From Vicugna vicugna (taxonomy: Eukaryota): DNA of 64,000 nucleotides. Of this stretch, positions 36,001 through 50,264 are shown one piece after another. The stretch lies in assembly GCA_013265495.1 (NCBI GenBank), contig MU058198.1:3546419-3610418 (forward strand), read 5' to 3'. The translations under genes were made by a program, and so were the position numbers. Each line of letters opens with the position of its first letter. Position 1 is the first letter of the stretch. The notes beneath the pieces were generated by a model. That model saw only the letters and a program-made list of their open reading frames with translations, did not search any database and was not told the origin of the DNA.

Positions 36001-39000
36001 CGGTACGTAAAGAATGTCCTTGTTGTATTTTATGACTGCGTGGTGGTCCGTGGTATGGATATCCTTGGTGTATTTTTTAAATTGGAATGTAAGGCTCTGC
36101 AAAATCTTTCCTGTGGTTTTGTCCAAGCTCCTTGTCCATCTGGCCTGGCCAGGGGCAGCCAAAGGAAGGATGCCCATTCAGAGATTAGGAGGGACCACAG
36201 GTCCAGATTATGAATGGGATTGGCCCTGACAGGTCTGAGTGACAAAGAGCAGAGCTGATGAGCCACATGCCAGGTGGTGGTCACTGGCAAAAGGCCATTT
36301 GTGACTTATCAGCCGTTCTCCAGATGGACCACATTCAAAACAGAGGCACTGACCTTCATTTCTACTTGGTTGAGAAAATGCTTTCAACAGAGGCCCAGAG
36401 AGAGGATCAGATGTTTCTTACACTTTCTGGAAAGAGGTTGAGGGGTGTCAGAGGGTAAGTGATCTGAAAAAGCTGATTTAAAGTGGGAAAGAATTCTGTG
36501 TCTGCCTTAGAGACATCCACTTGCCTCCAAATTGAAGGCATGTGATGGACTCATCAAAGCATTTCATATTTGACCTCTTTGTCTTCCCTGGTGGTCTTAC
36601 GTTGCTAGCCCAGAAGGTTTGAATAGGTCGAGGAAACCCTTCAAGTTAGTGTGATGAGAGGAAAGTATGCGGTCTTAATGAGTGGGGGTTGTCAGCAAGG
36701 ACAGTGAAAACCTCCTAGAGGTGATTGGTAGGACTTGTTTTGTGTGTGTGAATGAGTCTCGTGACTCCAAAGAGGAGAGGTGATTTGATGCAAGAATGGG
36801 GGCATTCCCCACACTTGGAGGGAAGCACAGGCATATAAAGGAAACTGGGATGGAGGTGATGGAGAAGCTGAGAGGGTTTCTGTGGGAAAATCCAGGACGT
36901 AATGTCCTGTCATGGACAGATTAGACTAGGTCCACTGGAAGAGACTTGCCCTGTTACTTTCCCCCTGAATTTGAGTCAATTCCACATGACCAAGTTTTCA
37001 TTCTTGAGTGGAATCAAGAATGAATACTCATTCTCTACTATGTTACCTATTTTGTGAGGGTTGGAATGCAACAAATATCCAACCAAACTTAACCAGCAAG
37101 TGGTTAAAAATTGCAGTCTTAAATAACTATTTGATCAAATAAGACTCAAAACTATCATTGCAGGGAGGTTTCTGAATGAAGAAAAATAGAGTTGTATATA
37201 CAAAAAGTAGGAGATCAGCTGATGCTGTGCTTAGAGAGAAGTTCATAGCCTTTACACTTTTAGCGTTAAAGATCTGAGTGATGCTGTGTATTGAACATAA
37301 TTTGATGACTCACTTATTCTAATGCACCTGTCATGGCTTGAAAATGTTTCTGGTATACCTCTTTAGGAATTTCATTCAGACCCAGTTCATCTTTATTTCT
37401 AAGATGAATATTTTGAAGATGATCCATTAGTTTTGTTGTTTAAAATCACTATTTTTTTTAAAGAGTCAGGTAACTATATTACCCATCAAGTATATTTCTA
37501 AGCCTTAATCACAGTGTGATGTAAGGGATATAACTCCCTGAGGATACATAGGTAACGTTGTTTCTGGAAGAAAGCAACTGTAGCTCTGTTAACTTTTGAA
37601 ATGTTTCCTAGGATACATCCAAAACCAAATCTAATAACATTACTTATAAATGTTCATGTTAGAACAGAGTAATGAAAGAATCTGGAAAAAAAATCTCCAA
37701 AGTTTCCTGGAGTCTGATAAAAATTCTGGATAGAGTGCCTAAATATATTTTCATGATTTTTGCTATATAACCAGATATCTTTATATTTCAAAATGAAGTA
37801 TATTTTATTAGCTTTTCTTATTATGCTAAAGCAACATACCAGGATTGCAGAAATAAGAAAGTAGGATCAAGCAAAAAGAAAAAAAGGCAGGTAAGAATGG
37901 AGGTTAAACCAGAACTTATAGAGCAGATAAATGATGTCATTAAGGACTCCGGTTCCTTTGTTCTTTCTGCTCCACCAGCCTTAGAAGGTAGTTTTCTTTC
38001 TCATAGTCACAGAACGGCTGCAGAAACTTCAAGCATTTAATCTACATTCCAGGTATGCAGAATATGGAATGGCTAAATCTCTTTTCCTTGTGAACCGTTG
38101 TCTTTTTCACTTGAGAAGAGATAGTGATACTCTTCCCAGGGAATCCATCTATACTTGTATTGGCCAGGACTGAAAGTGAGGCTGGCAGTTAGAATATTTT
38201 TATCTTAGAACATTGAACAATGTCAGGATTCTGTTAGTAAGAAGGGAGGGGGGATGGACATTAAGTATGTATCTAACAGATTTTCCCCAGAAGGACCCCC
38301 GCCCACTGCTCACCCTTAGTCTTCATCAATGTGACAAACACGTGTCCTTCATAGCATTTTCTATGCATTGTGAATTTACAATTTTACAGACAAAATTATT
38401 CTCCATCGGACAGAGATCATGTGTGATTTGTAATTGGAGGTAATAAATACTTTTGGCTAGTGAATGCACAAAGGGGCTTTCCTGTTTTTTTGTCCAATAT
38501 TGACTGTTGAGATGGGTTTTGCAAGAGTTTGGGCATTTCTTTTTTTTTTTTTTTTCAATTTTTTTTTTTTTTTTGCCATTTTCAGTCTGACTAAAGGAGA
38601 AGGAAAAGTTCAGATCTCTGGAAATTTACTTTGTCAGCTTAGATACCCAGAAGTGGCAGAGGGTAGAGGGAGCAGAGATGGAGGGGAACAGCCTTATCTT
38701 CCTGCTTTCCTTCATCAGTCTCCCTTAAGCCATCATTCTCCTGTAAGCCATCCCTCCCCCTCTGCCTCAGCAGCTCAAAGCCGCTGGAGCACCCAGCCCT
38801 TCTCCTACCGTGTGATGTTTCTTGGCTGTTCCTCTGCTCCACTCAGCATCTCTCCTCCCCCACGTGCTGTGTAGGGGGAGCTGCAGGGCCTCCTATCAGG
38901 TTTCTGAGCCTCAAGGTCTTTGGTATTAGGGACAGAGTCTCACTGGGAATAGCAGCTTGCTCCCAACAACTTGTCTCCAGCCCCTGCCCCACCAACTCCA

Positions 39001-39104
39001 ACCCAAACCCCTCTGCTCCACAGGGCGTGGATGAAGTGTTCCCCGAGCTCCTTTCTGGGTTGTATCATTTTATCATAACGAGAGAATATGTACTGACTTT
39101 CATG

Positions 39105-39885
39105 ATTTTTAAGAAATTGTGGTAAAATACCCACAACATAAAATTTACCATCTTAACCATTTCTAGGTGTACAGAACGCTCTTCATCTTGCAAAACTAAG
39201 ACCCATGTCCACTAAACAACTCTCCCCTCACCCCTCCCTCTGGTCCCTGGCAACCACTAGTCTGCTTTCTGTCTCTATGATTTTGATGACTCTAGATTCC
39301 TCGTGTAAGTATTTGTTATTTTGGGGGCTGGCTTATTTCACTTATAATGTCTTCAGGGTTCACCCACGTTGTAGGTTGTGTCAGAATCTATTTCCTTTTT
39401 AAGACTGCATAATATTCTACTGTATGCGTCTGCCACAATTTGTTTATCCATTCATTCATTGTTGGGCACTGGGGTTGCTTCTGAGACCTTCTGACTGTTG
39501 TGAATAATGTTGCTATGAATACAGGTGTACAGATATGTCTTCAAGCTGTGCTTTTATTCTTTTGGCTGTATACACAGAAGTAGAATTGCTGGATCAGATG
39601 ATAATTCTATTTTTTGTTTTTTGAGGAATCTCCATACTGTTTTCTATAGTGATTGCACCATGTTGCATTCCCACCAGCAGTCTATAAGGGTTTCAGTTTC
39701 TCCATATCCTCACCAACACTTCTTATTTTCTGTTTTTTTTTTTTTCGGTATTAGCCATCTTAATGGATGTGAGGTGGTATCTCATTGTGGTTTTGGTTTG
39801 TATTTCCCTCCTGATGAGTGATGTTCAACATCTCTTCATGTGCTTATTGGCTGTTTGTGTATCATCTTTGGAGAAATGTCTGTTC
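39105..39885 (-). mobile_element. Old L1 (L1MA/MB-type) 3' fragment
   Basis: acataaaatttaccatcttaaccattt...tgaggtggtatctcattgtggttttgg...ttggagaaatgtctgttc. Confidence 0.88.
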
Positions 39886-41204
39886 GAGTCGACTTCCATG
39901 ATTTTGCATTATCACATCTGTATTGATTCAGGCAAATTGGCTGGAATAAACTCTGGCATTTAGACTGATTTTGTGGTTTTTCTGCAAATACATTCTGCCC
40001 CCAAATAACCTCCAACTTTCTGGAAGCCATCAGCGCGAGCACAGTTCTGCAGATAACTTTTTTATAAAAGGAAATTCATAAAAGTATCATGCATCTTCCT
40101 TTTTTGACAGTAATGGAACAATTTAATGTAATTTCAGAGGGAAGCAGGGCTGCTGGAAAGGCTCGTGTGATGAGGGAAGGTTACCCGGCTCTGCTGTCAG
40201 GCGGCGTGTGGGAGCAGAGAGGGGTGTCCTCTGCAGGCTCCCAGGGAGGAGAGTGGGCAAGACAACCCATTGCGGGCCCCTCAGGGCTTAGGGCAGAGTC
40301 TGGGGAAGGGGGATGGAAGAGGGAGAGGTAGTCCTTCCAGAGTCCTGCAGAATTTCGTGGAAAAGTTATGTTTCACCCTATAGATTCCACTGCCTTCTAA
40401 GCACGGGGTAATGGAGGCAGCGAGCCCTGGCAGCAGAGTGGTTAAGAAAACTGCTCTTGAGCTTTGAGTCTTTCTAGGCCTCAGTTCCCTCATCTTTCAA
40501 ATGGGGACATTACTAGGACCCGCCTCCTAGGGGTTGTGGTGGGGTTTAAATGAGAAAAAGCAGGTAAAACGCTGGCACCTTGTGGGTGGTTGTAAGTTTT
40601 TATTTAGGTGCTAGAATCAGTCTTTGTCCTTGGAAATCTACTGGTCTTATGAAGAGACAGCCTGTTTCCTACAAAAGCAAGCTGCAAAGTGAGGAGAACT
40701 AAGGGCTAATGTGATGGGCCCTCACAGTAGGAGAATGCTGGGGAATGAACCATTAGTTGAGTCATGATTCTTGGGCTGGCATCAAGGCGGGCATCACGAG
40801 AAGGTGTTTGAATTGAATCTTACAGGCTCATTTGAATTCCAGTCAACAAAGGCTTAGGTAAAGGACAGGACAAGCAGGGGGAACAGTATGGGCAAAGGCT
40901 TGGGGGCATGGCAGTGCGTGGTTAATTACTGACTGAGATGTTTGGTGTTATGGTACATGGAACACTGATGTAACGTCATGAAAACACTGAAATTGAATGT
41001 GAAAAAAAACATTGACTGATTAAAATGACATGTTCATATTTATCTGTGGACACATATGTAAATGTAAAAGGGTTGTAAACTCAAATCCTATGGGATCCAG
41101 GCAGGAGACATAAATGAGTGAAGTGAGTTGGGTGCAAAACAATGATGGTGATCGGGCTCATGTTGAGCTGGCAAATGGGTGCCTTGTTAAAAGGGATACC
41201 AAAT

Positions 41205-41625
41205 GACTAGCTTAATTCAGAAGGAAATTCATTGCTTCATCTGACTGAAAAATCTAAGGATAGCTGCCTTCAGGTATAGTTTGATCCAGGAGCTCATTAT
41301 GTTACCAGGACATGGTTTTTCTCATTCCATCTCTACTTCTTCTCTGTAAGCTCCCTTCTTAGAAGAACCTCCCCTCACTATGGCAAGATGGCAGTGGAAA
41401 CTTTACCCACATTTCCTCTAGGTTCAAGTTCATATATGGAAGAGTACCTTCATTTCTCTTGTATTTCACTACCTCTGAATCGGCTACCAGGGCCCGTGAG
41501 AAAATAATGCTCTGGCCAGCCTTGTGCACTCTTGCAATGCAAAGTAGAATTAACACTACCTGAATGATGTGGACCAAGAGTGGGAAAGGGGTAGTTCTTC
41601 AGAGGGATATGTAGTGCTGTTATTA
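41205..41625. mobile_element. MaLR LTR (MLT1J/K-like) fragment
   Basis: cttaattcagaaggaaattcattgcttcatctgactgaaaaatctaagg...cttcaggtatagtttgatccaggagctca. Confidence 0.65.
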
Positions 41626-43010
41626 ACAGAAGGTTAAGTAAGTACTCACTGTACCATCTAAAGCTTCACAGCGTATCGTGGTGACCGTCCTGTCTTGCGT
41701 GACTAACGTACTGCTCTCAAAGTGATATGTTTGGGCGGCTCTAAACATCGGAGTTTCTCCTAATACTGAGCTGATGTTGGCATCACTGTAGTTCCTGGCA
41801 TTATTTCTAGTTCCAACCGTGATCAGCATTGTTTGGTTAGTGTGGGAGGGGAAAGGATGCTTATCGTGAAAGGACCTGGCCAACGGACACTCTTGAAGTA
41901 TACTTTCATCATCGTTGAGGAAGGAAGGGGGATCTGGACAAGTCTTGTAGTGGTTCTTGAAGCTCTCCCTGGCAGTACCCATCACTGCCAAACACATATC
42001 ACTGTCCAAAGCAAGACGCATGGCCACACCTACCTTCAGAGCAGGTGGGCAGGTACCATACTGCTGTATGCTTGGCAGGAGGGAGAATCAGAACCTTTGA
42101 CCTAGTGACCGCTGTACGACTGAACTTCTGTATTTCTGTGTTCCTCTTGCTAATCCATTTCTGATTCCTCTAGTGACATGTATGCCTAATTTTTCAAGAA
42201 CAAACACGAGACTCTGATTGTCATCTTTGTTTCATTACTTCCCAGTAGACCGCGGTATCTCTAGATCCTGATTCTAAAATTCAAAGCCCGCTTAGGCCCA
42301 CCTCGTTGCCCACCCTCCACTCATTTAGTGAGTAGACCCCATATAGCTTCATTCTGGACCCGGGTAAAATGATTTCACAGGCAATTGAGGCTGGCTATTT
42401 CCTTGGACCTTTTTTGCTGTCCATTAGATGAAGCCCTCTGGGTCATCACTTGACCACGAATACATTTGGGCATACTTATTTAACCACTTTCTGATTTATC
42501 ACAGATCCTGAGTACTCACTGGAGGAAGGGTGGAACACTGCTTCTAGAAGGATGCTGAGAGATGAGGGAAAGGGGAATGGGACAGAAAGTCCCGAAAATA
42601 GGAAAGCGTTGAAATTGTCCCTTTTGGGGGCTATGTCTCCTTATAAAATACCTCCACTGGGATCCCCGTCCTTTGTCCTGGGAATGTGTCAGTGGATCTC
42701 TGCCCAGGAAGAGGTGTCCCTTCTCCTTTTCCTCTGCAGGACATACCCACTGGGGGTGCTCTCAGGTCTGGCTGGTCACTGGGGCTTCTGTGGCCCTAGA
42801 TGCTCACTCCCATCCTGGTCACTCCTTGACTCTCCCTCATTGACCACCATACATGTGTCCTTCAGGTTCGAAAGAGAGCTCGTACTCCCACACTTTCTAG
42901 TGGCGAGCCAGGGACTCTGCCCTTCACACTGTCTTGTCCGCCCTGCGATGCTAACCCCAGCATCGCTGCCTCAGATCGTCCTGTCTCTCTTCCAAATGTG
43001 AAGACTTCTT

Positions 43011-43278
43011 TTATTCATTTATTAATTTACTTATTTGAAGTGTAATCAGTTACAATGTGCCAGTTTCTGGTGTACAGCATAATGTTTCAATCATACATAT
43101 TCATACATATATTGCTTTTCATTCTAAGTACTCCAAGATATTGCATAGAGTTCTCTGTGCTATACAGAAGAAATTTGTTTTTTTATCTATTTTATATATA
43201 ACAGTTAATATTTACAAATCTCAAATTTCCAATTTATTCCTTCCCCCTGTCCTGTAATTGTAAGTTTGTTACTATGTC
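43011..43278 (-). mobile_element. 5'-truncated L1 3' end
   Basis: 19-bp TSD ccaaatg(t/g)gaagacttctt at 42992-43010 and 43279-43297. Confidence 0.92.
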
Positions 43279-43419
43279 CCAAATGGGAAGACTTCTTAAA
43301 AACTTGAATAAAGGATCTCAGTCTGCCAGGTAGCTCCCAGGCTGCAAAATATTGTCCTGCAAGATTATTTTAATCAAGACTTTTCTCAAAAGCCTTGATG
43401 TACCCATTAAATTGAGTTA

Positions 43420-44480
43420 TTTATCCATTGATGTATTAGTTGAATACCTGCTGTGTCAGGTGGTGGTGGGGGGTGTCCAACAGGGGTCATGATTAGTGGT
43501 CTAGTAAAGGATACAGACGCACAAACAGGCAGGCGCCCATACAGTGCCCCCATGCTCTGATCGCTGTACGTGTGGGATCCTGAGGTGCGCAGACTCGGGG
43601 CACCGAGCTGAAGGCATCAGGAAGTCTCCCAGGGCTGGATGATATCAAAGTCTAGCCTTCAAGATGATGGATTTAATTAAGAAAAGGAGGCGTGGAAAGA
43701 GGGAGAAGGGGGTTCTAGGAAGCAGAGGGAATAGCATTTGCAGAGTCACAGGAGGATTCAGGAACTGAAGTCAGTTTGGCTTGGCTGGCACAGAGCGTCT
43801 GTTCTTGTGTATTTATAAGGTAGGGGATGTGGTTAGGGAACAGGAAGTAGGAACCTGATCATAGATGGCTCATATGTCCAATTAAAGACTGTAGATTTTA
43901 TTCTGAGGGTACAGATGTCTTTTTTTTTTTAAATAAAGCCTTACATGATTAGATTTGCTTTTTAGAAACCACCCTGGCTGCAGTTGAAGGATGCATTTCC
44001 TGGTGGCCAGGCTGGAGGAGGGGACTTGAGGCGGGGGAAGTGGTTGTAGTAATCTAGGCTGGACCTGAGGATGCTGGGAGTGCAGTGAGGGAAGGAGAGG
44101 TGGATGGAGGGCTGGAGAGATATTCAGGGGATGTGGTCGAGAGATCTTGGTGATTGACTGAGTGTGGGAGGAGCGTGGGACGGGGAGGAGTCAGGGATGG
44201 CTCTCAGGCTACCGGTGTGGGTACCAGGTGGGTTGGTGGTGCCGTTCACGGAAAGGGAGACCATGGGAAGAGGGACATGTTTTGAGGGAGCTTACACTCC
44301 CCCTCTTAGGTGCCTACTTGATGTCCAGGTGGCACAGACCAGTTAGCATGTGGATCTTCAGACCTGGGGCTTTGGGTCTGGATATGGACTCAGGACAGAG
44401 ATCAGCGATCAGTGGTAATTGCAGTCACCCAGTGGGATGAGCTTCCCCAAGAGCTCATGGAGACTCTGGTGAGAGGAGAG
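43420..44480 (-). mobile_element. L2 relic, ~1 kb
   Basis: Purine-rich antisense L2 pattern (gactgtagattttattctgagggt; gatcttggtgattgactgagtgtggg; tggtggtgccgttcacggaaaggga). Confidence 0.72.
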
Positions 44481-45229
44481 GCGGGCCCCAGGCTGGGAAC
44501 ACTGGCTTTGGAAATATCGTTGGAACGTGTAGAAATGAAAGCACTTTCAGAGTTATTTCAGCAAACATTTATTGAGTAAGAGCTTGTGCAAGGAAGTGTG
44601 GTACGCATGTTGTGGCGGCCCTCGGATGGATGGGAAGTGTAAGGAAGTTGCGTTGTGTAAGGAAGTCATTGCTGTCAGGGGCAGGGGAGCTGTTTTTAAA
44701 TGCCCACAATGTAAAAGTGACAGTGGTAGGCTGGGCTCAAGGTAGACAAAGAGGGAGTGGGCAGTATAGGCTGGAAAACACACTTCTGTGAGGGGGGGTG
44801 GAGGGCTTCCTGGAGAAGGTGACTTTCTTTCTAACCTGGAAAAATAACTTCAATACATGATTTTAATTTCGTGTGCTGGCCTGGCATTGGTTGCTCTTTT
44901 CTTATAAGTAAAACTAAGAAGGTGACTTTTGTATCTACTGTCTAAGGAGGTCTTTTGTCAGACAGAGCTGCAGTTTCGGAGGAGAACTTAGGGGGACAGA
45001 TGGATGAGAGGGTGCTGCGTGAGGGAGAGAAAGTGTGAGGGATGTTTTCAGGAAACGTGAGTCCTTCCTCATGCCAGGAACCGAGGTGGCTGAAAGACAT
45101 TGTGGGAAATCATAACAGAAAATCGCAGGAAAGTTTTGAATGCTGTGCTTCAGGGTTTGGGGTCCGTTATGAAGGCAGAGGGGGGTTATTGAGTGATTAG
45201 AAACTGGAGGCTGATGCGGCCTCCAGAAC

Positions 45230-45470
45230 AAAGTGGCTTAAAGTGTGAACTTTTGAATCAGACAGACCTGGGATTGAATTTAAACTCTGCTGCTTCCTAG
45301 CTGTGTGGTCTTGGGCAGAGTACTGACCTCTCTGAGCCTCAGTTTTCTCATCTGTCAAATAGGAGTGAAATCCCTTGTAGAAGAGTGTGAGGAATGAAGT
45401 GAGACAGTGTATAGAAGGCACTCAGCAGTGTCTGGAATACAGAAATCCCTCAAAATATGTTCCCATAATA
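45230..45470 (+). mobile_element. MIR SINE
   Basis: gaatcagacagacctggg...ctagctgtgtggtcttgggcagag...tctgagcctcagttttctcatctgt. Confidence 0.87.
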
Positions 45471-46597
45471 ATACTTTATACATGGCTGTACCCGCAAAAA
45501 CACAGAGACTCCTCTTAACGTGTTTAAGTTAAGCCTCAGGGGCTTGGGTTGTGTCTGGCATATAGTGGATGCTCAGTAAGTACTTCTTAGCTAAAAGATA
45601 AATGATACCAGTTTTGTTTTGGAAGGAATCTCTTTTTTATGTGGAAAAATACTTCGATATTTTGATAAAGCCTTCCAGGGAAGGTGAAATTCCTTTTCTT
45701 CTGGTGCCTCGGTTTCAGAGAGGAGAGGCTGACCTGCAAAAGAGCAGGGGAAGGTCTGGGGGTTCCTGAGACCACCCGGCAGGGAGGCAGTGAGGAGGAG
45801 GGAACCAATGAGGAGGTAGGAGACAGTGTCCTGTGGCATGTGGCTCCCCCCACGGAGTCCCCTAAAAGCCTTCAGTCACATTTTGCATCTGGAGTGTTTC
45901 CATCTATTGTCTGCTGTGGTCAGAATAGGATTTGTAGACTGGTGTGACTCCCAGACCTCCTGCTAACTCTCCTTACCCGGGCAGGCAGCTGTCTCCCGGG
46001 CAGCTGGTATCTTCCGGAGGGGGATGCTTGCCTCTGGGGGTGGGGGGAGAACAGCTCGAGGAAAGGGGGCCGGAAGTGTTGGGGGAGGGGGATAGTGATG
46101 CGCCCACAGGGCAACATTGCTTTGTGTGGATGGACAGGTGCTCAAGGAAGGCTGTCTTTTTCCCACCTGAGTTTATGGCATGGCTCTTTTGAAGAGCATT
46201 TCACTGACTTGTCTGCAGATTCTAGGAAAGAAGTTAAATTTGGCTTCATTGTCTCTCTTTCTAGATTTTTTCCTTCTAACTTGTTAATGTCTCCAAAACA
46301 AAAACACGTAGTGCTAACGATGGGCCTCGTAGAGTTGTTCTGAGTTAATACGTGCTCGAAACATAGACAACATTTAATACTGTTATTGTTATTATGGGTT
46401 AGCCCTGAGTCCATTTAACTCACGCATCAACATCACAAGGTAGGTCCAATTACTGTGTCAGCGTTACAGACACACCTTGACAATATCGTGGTCATACCTG
46501 TGAGTGTAACAGTTGCCTGGTCACATCTGAAGGAATCAGAAGCTCATGGAGGTTGATGGCTTGCTCAGGATCACTCACAAAGCAAGTGGCAGAGCTG

Positions 46598-46611
46598 GTT
46601 GCCATGGTAAC
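46598..46611. promoter_or_regulatory. RFX X-box motif (candidate)
   Basis: GTTGCCATGGTAAC fits the RFX consensus GTTRCCATGGYAAC; motif match only. Confidence 0.45.
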
Positions 46612-48084
46612 CATTTCCAAGCATCAGTGCGGCAGGATGGACTTGAGGATTCCCGGTCTGGCGTTGGCTGGTCCGTCAGAACACTGAGAGTGTCTGATCA
46701 GAGAAGTAAGGAAGCCATTAATTCCTGAGTGGTGTGCCTCGCCGTGGCTAGGGATCAGTGAAAATGACCCTGTCCACTGTCATCTCACTGTCCAAGCCTT
46801 TTCTCTTTCATTTTCTTGGATGCTCCCCACAGCCCCGGGGACTAACCAAGGGGAATTTTCTCTATCAGCTACGGGAATTGTCCATGATTGTCCTGAGGTC
46901 CTGGAGCTCATGATGGGACCAGGACCAGACCTCAATTTCTGTTTCTCCAATTTCAGTTCTGTTCTGTCAGTAGACCAAAAGGCCCCCAGACGAGACAGAT
47001 GGCAGACAGCTACAGGAGTTTAAAATAGACCGAGCTCACTTCTGAGGTAGACATGTGCGTGGAGAGTGAGCTGGAAGACAGGGACCCCTGTGTGGGAAAG
47101 CATTTTGGCAAACAGGAGCCCAGAGTGGAGCGCTGAACATGAGGATGAGTGTAGTCAGGTGGGTGTGAGCGTGTGAGAAGGGACCTGGGCAGGAGCCAGC
47201 ATGAGGTGGAGCAGGGAGGTGGGAAGAGAGATGGTAGCTACCAGTGAGCAAAGTGCTTCCTCCCTCCTCTCCAGCTGTGCCTACCAGCTGTGCTACCGAG
47301 ACAGGAGACACACTGGGATGAGTGCTGGGTTTTTTGTTTTTTTTTTTCTGATTGTTCTGACCTGCTCAGTCTTGGAGGCTGATGTCCCAGGAGAAGGGTG
47401 ATTTTCCTGCGAAAAGAGCTTGAACAGACACTTTCGGGCCGTCTTCAAGGTCTGTACTTCCCCTACTTTCTGGCAAACTGGCCCCAAGGGGTGGTCCCTA
47501 GCATCCCCCTTTGTACCACGCGACCAGGCTTTCCTGCCCGTTGCTGATGGACCAGGCGTGACTCCACCTGAGTTTTACCCCGGGCTTGACTTCGCATTGA
47601 GAGATGCCAGCTAGCCTCCATCAGTGCCAGACTGGAAGGGTGTGTGGTCTCAGGGACTGTGCGACGTGCACCAGGAAGCAGAGATGTCCTCACTGCTTCG
47701 GGAGCAGGCTCAGAGCTCGTGTGGACCAGGGAGACAGAAGTGGCTGCCTTGGTTTTTGAGGAGCCTGCACTGAAGCCAAACTATAGTTACTGCCCCTGGT
47801 TTCCGTGAGATACTTTGTTTCTTCCTAAGAAATTTCTCTCTTTGCTTGAGCTAGTTTGAGTGGGGTTCTATCATTTACAGTCCTAAATGCCCCAAGGAAG
47901 AGGCTCAGGAGATGAAGGTGGAAAACTTAGCCATGAAGGGAAAGAGGTTATTGGACTCCCTCTGGAGGGCACATTGTGGCAATGATTAGAGTGCACTTCT
48001 GATCGGAGGGGGCCTTGTAGGTGTCTGCGGATTTATAAGTGGAAAAAGATGCTGTAGCGGATGATGTTGGTCCATCCAACAGCC

Positions 48085-48495
48085 ATTCCCTGGTTTTGTT
48101 TAGTGACAGTGTGCCCAAGGGACAAAGTACGAGTGATCCAGAATAATTCTATTTCCCTTTTCAGTGATCGATCTAAAGTGGGCATGGGACTCAGTGTTGA
48201 CCAGTGTGAAAGAGGAGAACTCTTTTTTCAGTCCCAGCCCCTTTTTCCTGCCCTGGAGTTTGTCAAATATGAAAATAATGGTGGGAGCTGTGGCGACAAC
48301 CTTGTGACTATAAACAGATCCCAGGAGTTGCAGTGACACTGACCCAGAGTGCTGACACCCTTGAGTCACTCACACAGCCCCGGAAATCTCCTGCTTCAAG
48401 TATTTTCTGTGTGAGATTTCTTGATAAGCCCCTTTTGTTTAAGCAGCGTTTAGTTGGCTGTTCTGTTAATAGAAACAAAAAACATCTTAATTGAT
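48085..48495. mobile_element. MaLR LTR (MLT1H-like) fragment
   Basis: gataagccccttttgtttaagcagcgtttagttggctgttctgtta is an MLT1 end motif. Confidence 0.6.
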
Positions 48496-48664
48496 GCAGT
48501 CTGGGCTTCATGATTTGGAGATCTGGGAGGACAACATGATGAAAGAGCATGTACAGCAATCTTTTTTAAGCAGAAAATTAACGCTCTTCCACACAAAGAC
48601 TTTTAGCTCTGGTATTAAAGGCTGGTTTTTAGAGCCCTGACTTTGAGAGTTATGTGAACTGATA

Positions 48665-48822
48665 TTCATTCATCAACCTATCCACCCATCATGTAACCGT
48701 CCACCAGCCATCCATTCATTATGCATGCATGCATCCATCACCCACCTACCAATCCAGCCATTATCCATCCATCTGTTCGTCCGTCCGTCCATCATCTGTC
48801 CATCCTTTCATCTATCCATCCC
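48665..48822. repeat. Degenerate (CCAT)n simple repeat
   Basis: Directly visible. Confidence 0.85.
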
Positions 48823-49590
48823 TCTATTTGACTTTCTTTTCTTTGAAACTTTCTCTTTGAGCAATGGAGGATTTCCTTCCTGGCCTTGCTTGATTCTGTC
48901 TATTATTATTTCAGTGTAAATGCTTTTCTTTCTCCAGTTAGGTCCCGTTTAGAGAAATGGGATTCGGTGGTCATGGCAGGGTGTGAAGGAGAGTGCTACA
49001 GTCTCTCTCTGGGGACATCTTGTCTTCCAAAGTGTCTGGCATTTTTAAGAGAAGTGTTGATTTTTAGACTTTGGGGAGAAAAGTGTCTCTTCAGTTTTTA
49101 GGACATTAACAACTCTCACTTCCCCTTATTTCAGTCCCTGGAGCTTCCTCGGACATATTTAAGCACTCTTGGCTGTAGGCCTGGCTTTGTTGGCTGGAAG
49201 GGGCCAGGGTATGTCTGCAGACAAGTCTTGTGGAATTGCATCAGGGATGCTCCCTCTGGGGGACAATAACTATTTTAATAGCAATTTTAAGGAGGAAGAT
49301 ACTCTTTATTTTTTGATTCTTTGAAATTGTGTTTGCTCAAGTAGATGCAGGGCATCGGGGATAGAGAAAGGCATCAAGGATGGATGCCTTTGTTACAAAA
49401 ATCAATCCCATAAAATATTTTTAGTTTTTAAGATTCGGCCCGATCTTGGACCACTGTCCACTTCAGGTTTGAAATGGAACGCGTTTGTGTGTGAGCCTTC
49501 TCCCCGCGGGTCTGGCTGTTGCTGGGGGTGGTGGTGATCCGGGTGCTAGAATGTGGAATGTGAGTCCTGGTCGCATGTCCAGGTGATTTG

Positions 49591-49918
49591 TTTTTTTTTT
49601 TTTTTTAATTTAAATTTATTTTTTATTGAAGTATAGCTGATTTACAATGTTGCATTAATTTCTAGTGTACAGCAAAATGATTCAGTTGTACATATATATT
49701 CTTTTTTCATATCCTTTTCTATTATGGTTTATTACAAGGTGTTGACTATAGTTCCCTGTGCTGTACAGTAGGACCTTGTTGTTTATCTATTTTATACATA
49801 GTAGTTTGTATCTGTTAGTCCCAGACCCCTAATGTATCCTTCCTCCCTCTTCCCCTTTGGTAACCGTAAGTGTGTTTTCAATGTCTGTGAGTCTGTTTCT
49901 GTTTTGTGATTAAGTTCA
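49591..49918 (-). mobile_element. L1 3' end (artiodactyl type)
   Basis: Poly-T then attgaagtatagctgatttacaatgttg...gttccctgtgctgtacagtaggaccttg. Confidence 0.9.
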
Positions 49919-50264
49919 GTGAGGCCCGCGGGGTTGTACGTGGGGAGGAAAGAGAAGGAGGAAGAAACCCAGGGTGGTAGGAATCTGAACCACGCTCTCG
50001 GGAATAACCGAATTTGATTTCATTTAGAAAACCGAGCTCTTACTCCTTGAACAAAGTTGGCTTTTCTGTCCTGCACCCGGCCTGTACTAATGCACGAGTC
50101 TTTGCTGGAGTGCGGTGATGACTGTGTAGGGGGAGATGTTGTTTTTGGCGGTAGGCACATCTGGAACCGCTGGTCACCAATGTGGCTGAACACAGAGAGA
50201 GTCACCTGGGGGGCGTGTTGATACGTGCAGATGTGGAGCCTCGCCTTAGATCTGCCACATCAGG

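Noticed and set aside
36325..36460. Open frame ending at donor-like AGG|GTAAGT
   Set aside because: No convincing polypyrimidine acceptor and no recognisable peptide.
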